Assembly (NCBI GenBank): GCA_031414955.1
Contig: JANOQV010000154.1
Span: forward strand, 1 to 20,514
DNA: 20,514 bases
Origin: Pedosphaera sp.
GTDB taxonomy: Bacteria; Verrucomicrobiota; Verrucomicrobiia; Limisphaerales; SIBH01
Direction of reading: 5' to 3'
Below are positions 16,801 through 20,514 of the stretch, piece by piece; within the stretch, counting starts at the first letter, position 1; every line of letters begins with the position of its first letter. Position numbers and translations under genes: made by a program. Below the pieces are notes generated by a model. It made no database searches and was not told where the DNA came from. It was given only the letters and a program-made list of their open reading frames with translations.

Positions 16801-19800
16801 ACCTTTGCCGGCATCACCAACTTCACCATCACCGCGGACTACGACCTGTCCTCCAACACCTGCTTCACGCTCTTCCTCGAGCCGCACAACTCCAACCACA
16901 CCGGCGTGGCCTCGGCCCGCAGCTTCATCACCTCCGGCGGCAATTTCCTCGCGCAATGTCTGGCGGTGGAAACGTACGAGAACGCCGGGGTGGGCCACTT
17001 CCAGACCACGAGCAACATCGCCAACGCCGACATCAACAACACGCTCGGCTACCCGAACCCGGACCTGCCCTACAGCCAGTTCGTCGGCATCGTGCATCCC
17101 GCGCCCAGCGGCGCGACCGAGGACTGGACCCTGGGCGGCTCGTTCACCAACTTCGGCCACGCGCATCTGGACAACACCGGCTTGAACCCGCCCCGCTACG
17201 CCGCCACTTCCTCCAAGCACTCCGTCGGTCCCGGCGGTCTCCTGTTCTATCTTGGCGGCCACGACTACGGCGCGGGCGGCACCGACCTGAGCATGATCAA
17301 CGGCCAGCGCATGTTGCTGAATGCCATCTTCGTGCCGGCCAACCGGCCGACCTGCGGATTCGACTTCTCGGCCAACCTCGCCATCACCAAGTCCGATTCC
17401 GTTCACACCGTCACCAATGGCCAGTCGGTCACTTACACCATTGTGGTTGCCAATCAGGGCTTCAATCAGGTGAACGGCGCGACAGTCACCGACCTCATCG
17501 GCCCCTCGCTGACCAACGTCACCTGGACCAGCACCACCACGGGCGGCGCGACCAACTTCAATCCCGCCGGCACCGGCGACCTCATCGCCACGGTCAACCT
17601 GCCCGTTTACGGCAGCGTGATTTTCACCGTGCAGGCCACCATCGCCAGCGGAGCGAACTGCCTCGTGACCAACCTCGCCACGGTCATGCCTCCGGAAACA
17701 CTCTTCGAGATCAACACCAACAACAACGTGGCCGTGGACGTGGATCACGTCATGCCATCGTTCCGCGCGCCGCCGGATTTGCTGCTCTCCTGCGCCGACC
17801 AGATTCCGGCGGCCGCCACCAACGTCGCCGGCTTCCTCGCTGCCGGCGGCCACATTGGGGACAGCGAGATTCCCACCACCTTGGCCCACCTGGGCGACGC
17901 CTCCAACGGCGGCGCGGGTTGTCCGGCCAGTCCGTTGATCCTCTCGCGCACTTACCGGCTCACCACCGACTGCGGCGATTTCCTCGAGCAAAGCCAGACC
18001 ATCACCGTGATTGACCAGGCCGCGCCGGTCATCCAATGCGCCGACCACAAAACTGTGGCGGCGGATTCCGGGTGGAGCTTCGACCTGCCGACCGCCAGCG
18101 ACGGTTGCAGCGGTGCCACCATCAGCGTGGTCGGGACGGTGACCAACGGGCTGTGCGGCGCGGGCTTCATCGCCACCCGCACCTGGCAGGCCATCGACGC
18201 TTGCGGCAACGCCAGCGTCTGCAACCAGACCGTCACGGTGGTGGACACGAATGCGCCGACCATCTTGTGCGTGGCGAGCAAGACCGTGGAGTGCGGTTCC
18301 AGTTGGACGTTCGATGCGCCCGATGCGGGTTCGCACCCCGTGAGCATTTTGAACACGACCACCAACGTCGCCTGCGGAAACACCTTCACCGCCACCCGCA
18401 CCTGGCAGGCCGTGAACGACTGCGGCACCTTCTCGCAATGCAGCCAGACCGTGACGGTGGTGGACACCAATCCACCCGCCATCACTTGCAGCGCGAGCAA
18501 GACCGTGGAATTGGGCGCAGGCTGGACCTTCGACCTGCCGACCGCAATCGATGGCTGCGGCACCAACGTCATGGCCGTGGTCAGCACCGTCACCAACAGC
18601 GCCGGATTTTGCGGCGGCACTTTTGAAGTGACCCGGACCTGGAGCGCGACCGATGCCTGCGGCAATAGCGCCCCATGCAGCCAGACCGTGACCGTGCTCG
18701 ACACCACGCCGCCCACGCTCGTCTGCCCGACCAACCTGGTCCTGAGCGCGGACGCCGGACAGTGCAGCCGCAGCAACGTGTTCTTTTTTGTCAGTGCCTC
18801 GGATAACTGTAGCGTGAGCAATCTGATCAGCATCCCCCCAAGTGGCTCGACCTTCCCGGTGGGAACAACATTCGTGACCAACAGTGCGGCGGATGCCAGC
18901 GGCAACTCGAATACTTGCGTCTTCAGCGTCACGATTCTTGATGATGAACTGCCGCTCATCTCCTGCCCAGCGGCGGTGACGGTGAACGCCGACCTCGGCT
19001 CCTGCTTCGCCACCGGCGTCGCCCTCGGCACGCCCATCACCTCCGACAACTGCGCCGTCGCCTCGGTCAGCAGCAACGCTCCGACCAGCTTCGCGGTGGG
19101 AACAAACGTCGTCACCTGGACCGTGACCGACGTTCACGGCAACTCCGCCACTTGCCTGCAATCGGTCATTGTGACCGACACCCAGTTGCCGCTCATCTCC
19201 TGCCCGGCGGCGGTGACGGTGAACGCGGATCTCGGCTCCTGCTTCGCCACCAGTGTCGCGCTCGGCTCGCCCATCACTTCCGACAACTGCGGCGTCGCCT
19301 CGGTCAGCAGCAACGCTCCGACCAGCTTCGCGGTGGGAACCAACGTCGTCACCTGGACCGTCACGGACATCCACGGCAACTCCGCCACCTGCCAGCAACA
19401 GGTCATCGTCAATGACACTCAACTCCCACTCATCACCTGCCCGGCCACCGTCACGGTCAATGCGGACTTGGGTTCGTGCTTCGCCACCGGTGTCGCGTTG
19501 GGCACGCCGATCACCTCCGACAACTGCGCCGTGGCCTCAGTGTCGAGCAATGCTCCAGCGAGCTTCGCCGTTGGCACCAACGTCGTCACCTGGACCGTCA
19601 CGGACATTCACGGCAACTCCGCCACTTGCCTGCAATCGGTCATCGTGAACGACACTCAGCTTCCCCTCATCACCTGCCCGGCCGCCGTCACGGTCAATGC
19701 GGATTTGGGAAGCTGCTTCGCCACCGGCGTCGCCCTCGGCACCCCGATCACCTCCGACAACTGCGCCGTCGCCTCGGTCAGCAGCAACGCTCCGGCCTCG

Positions 19801-20514
19801 TTCGCGGTGGGAACCAACGTCGTCACCTGGACCGTGACTGATGTTCACGGCAACACGGCGACGTGTTTGCAATCGGTCATCGTCAACGACACCCAGTTGC
19901 CGCTCATCACCTGTCCGGCCTCGGTCACGGCCAGCGCCGACCTCGGCTCGTGCTTCGCCACTGGCGTCGCGCTCGGCACGCCCATCACATCCGACAACTG
20001 CGCCGTGGCCTCCGTCTCAAGCAACGCTCCGGCTTCGTTCGCCGTCGGGACCAATCTCGTCACCTGGACCGTGATCGATGTTCACGGCAACAGCGCCACC
20101 TGCCAGCAACAGGTCATCGTCGATGACACTCAGCTTCCCCTCATCACCTGCCCGGCCACGGTCACGGTCAATGCGGACCTGGGTTCCTGCTTCGCCACCA
20201 GTGTCGCGCTCGGCACGCCCATCACCTCCGACAACTGCGCCGTGGCCTCAGTGTCGAGCAATGCTCCAGCGAGCTTCGCGGTCGGCACCAATCTCGTCAC
20301 CTGGACCGTGACCGACATTCACGGCAACACCGCCACCTGCCAGCAATCGGTCATCGTCAATGACACCCAGCTTCCGCTCATCACCTGCCCGGCCACGGTC
20401 ACGGTCAGCGCCGACCTCGGCTCCTGCTTCGCCACCGGCGTCGCCCTCGGCACCCCGATCACTTCCGATAACTGCGGCGTGGCCTCGGTCTCGAGCAACG
20501 CTCCGGTCTCGTTC
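13900..20514 (+). CDS. giant secreted adhesin-like protein, 3'-truncated by the window (>2205 aa): Ig-like repeats, uncharacterised central domain, DUF11, HYR repeats
   Basis: Translated by hand: ATG at 13900, open to 20514 with no stop seen, so it is missing from the ORF track. Signal peptide MKKRAITRFVHVLVGVVVGLFSATSAVA. Six ~100-aa Ig-like units with a D-x-[FGY]-G-N motif (~14440-16340), a ~335-aa central domain (16354-17355), DUF11 (ANLAITKSD..VTYTIVVAN.G, ~17371-17745), then Cys-containing HYR-like repeats from ~17755 onward. Confidence 0.92.
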   Translation, partial: MKKRAITRFVHVLVGVVVGLFSATSAVAAANVTAGTAATSADTAADGPAPAFTPVSTITIAESANATFSQNNTTYTFTFTAPAGWIFDLGGAAPTVTKNGGGTDIDTPTINVVDNATATVVFTTDAAQGNRDTLTIDGLRVQPITGAGLGTNFITVTSSGTITGGFSTTNAASLIKRGGVASTLVFGVQPGDRAAASAFTPAITIQVLDQFGNLTTNIAGVVMSLGNNPGGGTLSGTRTNAAINGIATFSNLSIDRVGTGYTLTASGGGVPPLDSNPFNITNGPATKLVITSAPQTLTAGVISGIITVEMQDAGGNAINTPTNRAVTLGRTSAGGIFRDVADTANITTVVLPAGTSSTSYLYLDTVAGNSTITNAAPGLTSATQIETVLAATASQVRAETLANGAGIVVPVQNITAGNATNLFAIFRDQFGNFVTNDVASWALINTTGGVVTNDLVVAGSSRSAAFTGHLTGSAVVEVTSPGMSNTVSGTLTVVRGAPNKLVITTAPQILTAGVNSAVITVQIQDAGGNPTNATANRVVTLTSSSAGAIFRNMADTATITTITIANGQNSTNYLYRAFLAGNATITNRTPTLTNAATQTEIVLAAAASKLAVTIQPSATATAGIAFTTQPQVTVQDAFGNPVGSFGSAITAVQTSGGGSLNANPLPPSIFPIGGMANFSGLFITNAVTTTLTFTAPGVTGTNSSNIIVRAGAATRIRVETLANGTGTVVPAQNLTSGLSLTNCAIARDLYGNFVTNAAATWSLVNRDGGVVGADLVPAADNKSAVFTGHLLGSANVHVTSGVLAVTDSGTITVVQGSNDPDLPGAPAHFQIFPAGSWVIAMDNTNQSLVAPFNIKSYGLVNLLLQNYVPVSRAIRTGKAKDGIDFSAPAFRIAPTTNGVTNLHFAGGPFLIHRDYTNLARTHITAFGNNVAVYQLVSNTLVDVRHELQFQPSISINSVNGHIHSNLLTFAGITNFTITADYDLSSNTCFTLFLEPHNSNHTGVASARSFITSGGNFLAQCLAVETYENAGVGHFQTTSNIANADINNTLGYPNPDLPYSQFVGIVHPAPSGATEDWTLGGSFTNFGHAHLDNTGLNPPRYAATSSKHSVGPGGLLFYLGGHDYGAGGTDLSMINGQRMLLNAIFVPANRPTCGFDFSANLAITKSDSVHTVTNGQSVTYTIVVANQGFNQVNGATVTDLIGPSLTNVTWTSTTTGGATNFNPAGTGDLIATVNLPVYGSVIFTVQATIASGANCLVTNLATVMPPETLFEINTNNNVAVDVDHVMPSFRAPPDLLLSCADQIPAAATNVAGFLAAGGHIGDSEIPTTLAHLGDASNGGAGCPASPLILSRTYRLTTDCGDFLEQSQTITVIDQAAPVIQCADHKTVAADSGWSFDLPTASDGCSGATISVVGTVTNGLCGAGFIATRTWQAIDACGNASVCNQTVTVVDTNAPTILCVASKTVECGSSWTFDAPDAGSHPVSILNTTTNVACGNTFTATRTWQAVNDCGTFSQCSQTVTVVDTNPPAITCSASKTVELGAGWTFDLPTAIDGCGTNVMAVVSTVTNSAGFCGGTFEVTRTWSATDACGNSAPCSQTVTVLDTTPPTLVCPTNLVLSADAGQCSRSNVFFFVSASDNCSVSNLISIPPSGSTFPVGTTFVTNSAADASGNSNTCVFSVTILDDELPLISCPAAVTVNADLGSCFATGVALGTPITSDNCAVASVSSNAPTSFAVGTNVVTWTVTDVHGNSATCLQSVIVTDTQLPLISCPAAVTVNADLGSCFATSVALGSPITSDNCGVASVSSNAPTSFAVGTNVVTWTVTDIHGNSATCQQQVIVNDTQLPLITCPATVTVNADLGSCFATGVALGTPITSDNCAVASVSSNAPASFAVGTNVVTWTVTDIHGNSATCLQSVIVNDTQLPLITCPAAVTVNADLGSCFATGVALGTPITSDNCAVASVSSNAPASFAVGTNVVTWTVTDVHGNTATCLQSVIVNDTQLPLITCPASVTASADLGSCFATGVALGTPITSDNCAVASVSSNAPASFAVGTNLVTWTVIDVHGNSATCQQQVIVDDTQLPLITCPATVTVNADLGSCFATSVALGTPITSDNCAVASVSSNAPASFAVGTNLVTWTVTDIHGNTATCQQSVIVNDTQLPLITCPATVTVSADLGSCFATGVALGTPITSDNCGVASVSSNAPVSF
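18013..18699 (+). repeat. three diverged HYR-like coding repeats (77, 73, 79 aa)
   Basis: Units start at 18013, 18244 and 18463. Each reads D...P.I.C...KTV.....W[ST]FD.P...TRTW.A.[DN].CG....C.QTVTV. Confidence 0.8.
18940..20514 (+). repeat. 237-bp (79-aa) tandem HYR-domain repeat array, 6 full units + partial 7th
   Basis: Units start at 18940, 19177, 19414, 19651, 19888, 20125 and 20362. Consensus DTQLPLITCPA.VTVNADLGSCFATGVALGTPITSDNCAVASVSSNAP.SFAVGTNVVTWTVTD.HGNSATC.QSVIVN, with 4 Cys per unit (codons 9, 22, 38, 72). Confidence 0.95.

Noticed and set aside
15829..19422. 1197-aa minus-strand ORF and other minus ORFs over 13900-20514
   Set aside because: Antisense shadows of the giant plus-strand adhesin; their repeats simply mirror the HYR units.
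18940..20514. Tandem array as CRISPR or as diversity-generating retroelement TR/VR
   Set aside because: Units are contiguous in-frame 237-bp coding repeats with no spacers. Differences are mostly synonymous and not adenine-specific, and no cas or reverse transcriptase gene is present.

Overview
High-GC bacterial chromosomal segment. The protein families and the C-terminal '...RFYRV' motif suggest Verrucomicrobiota; this is an inference, not a database result. Left to right: (1) a ~650-nt mostly non-coding, hairpin-rich stretch with GGAG-type REP-like palindromes, a possible MITE end and possible gene remnants; (2) a ~2611-aa secreted multidomain protein (PA14, Ig, six lamin-tail domains, divergent CotH kinase, three cadherin-like domains, C-terminal RFYR domain) on the minus strand; (3) a second, more canonical secreted CotH-family kinase (711 aa, minus); (4) rpoN (sigma-54, minus), with a near-consensus -24/-12 site on the opposite strand next to its own putative promoter; (5) a YycJ/WalJ-like metallo-beta-lactamase-fold hydrolase (plus); (6) a giant secreted adhesin-like protein starting at 13900 and running off the window (>2205 aa, absent from the ORF track because it has no stop codon here). 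That protein carries Ig-like repeats, an uncharacterised putative Cys-hydrolase-like domain, DUF11 and HYR repeats, and ends in a mosaic 237-bp tandem array. No CRISPR array, tRNA/rRNA, transposase or reverse transcriptase is visible. The best candidate for an undescribed system is an extracellular protein-modification/surface-matrix module (paired CotH kinases plus giant Thr/Asn-rich surface proteins), which rests on proximity and composition only.
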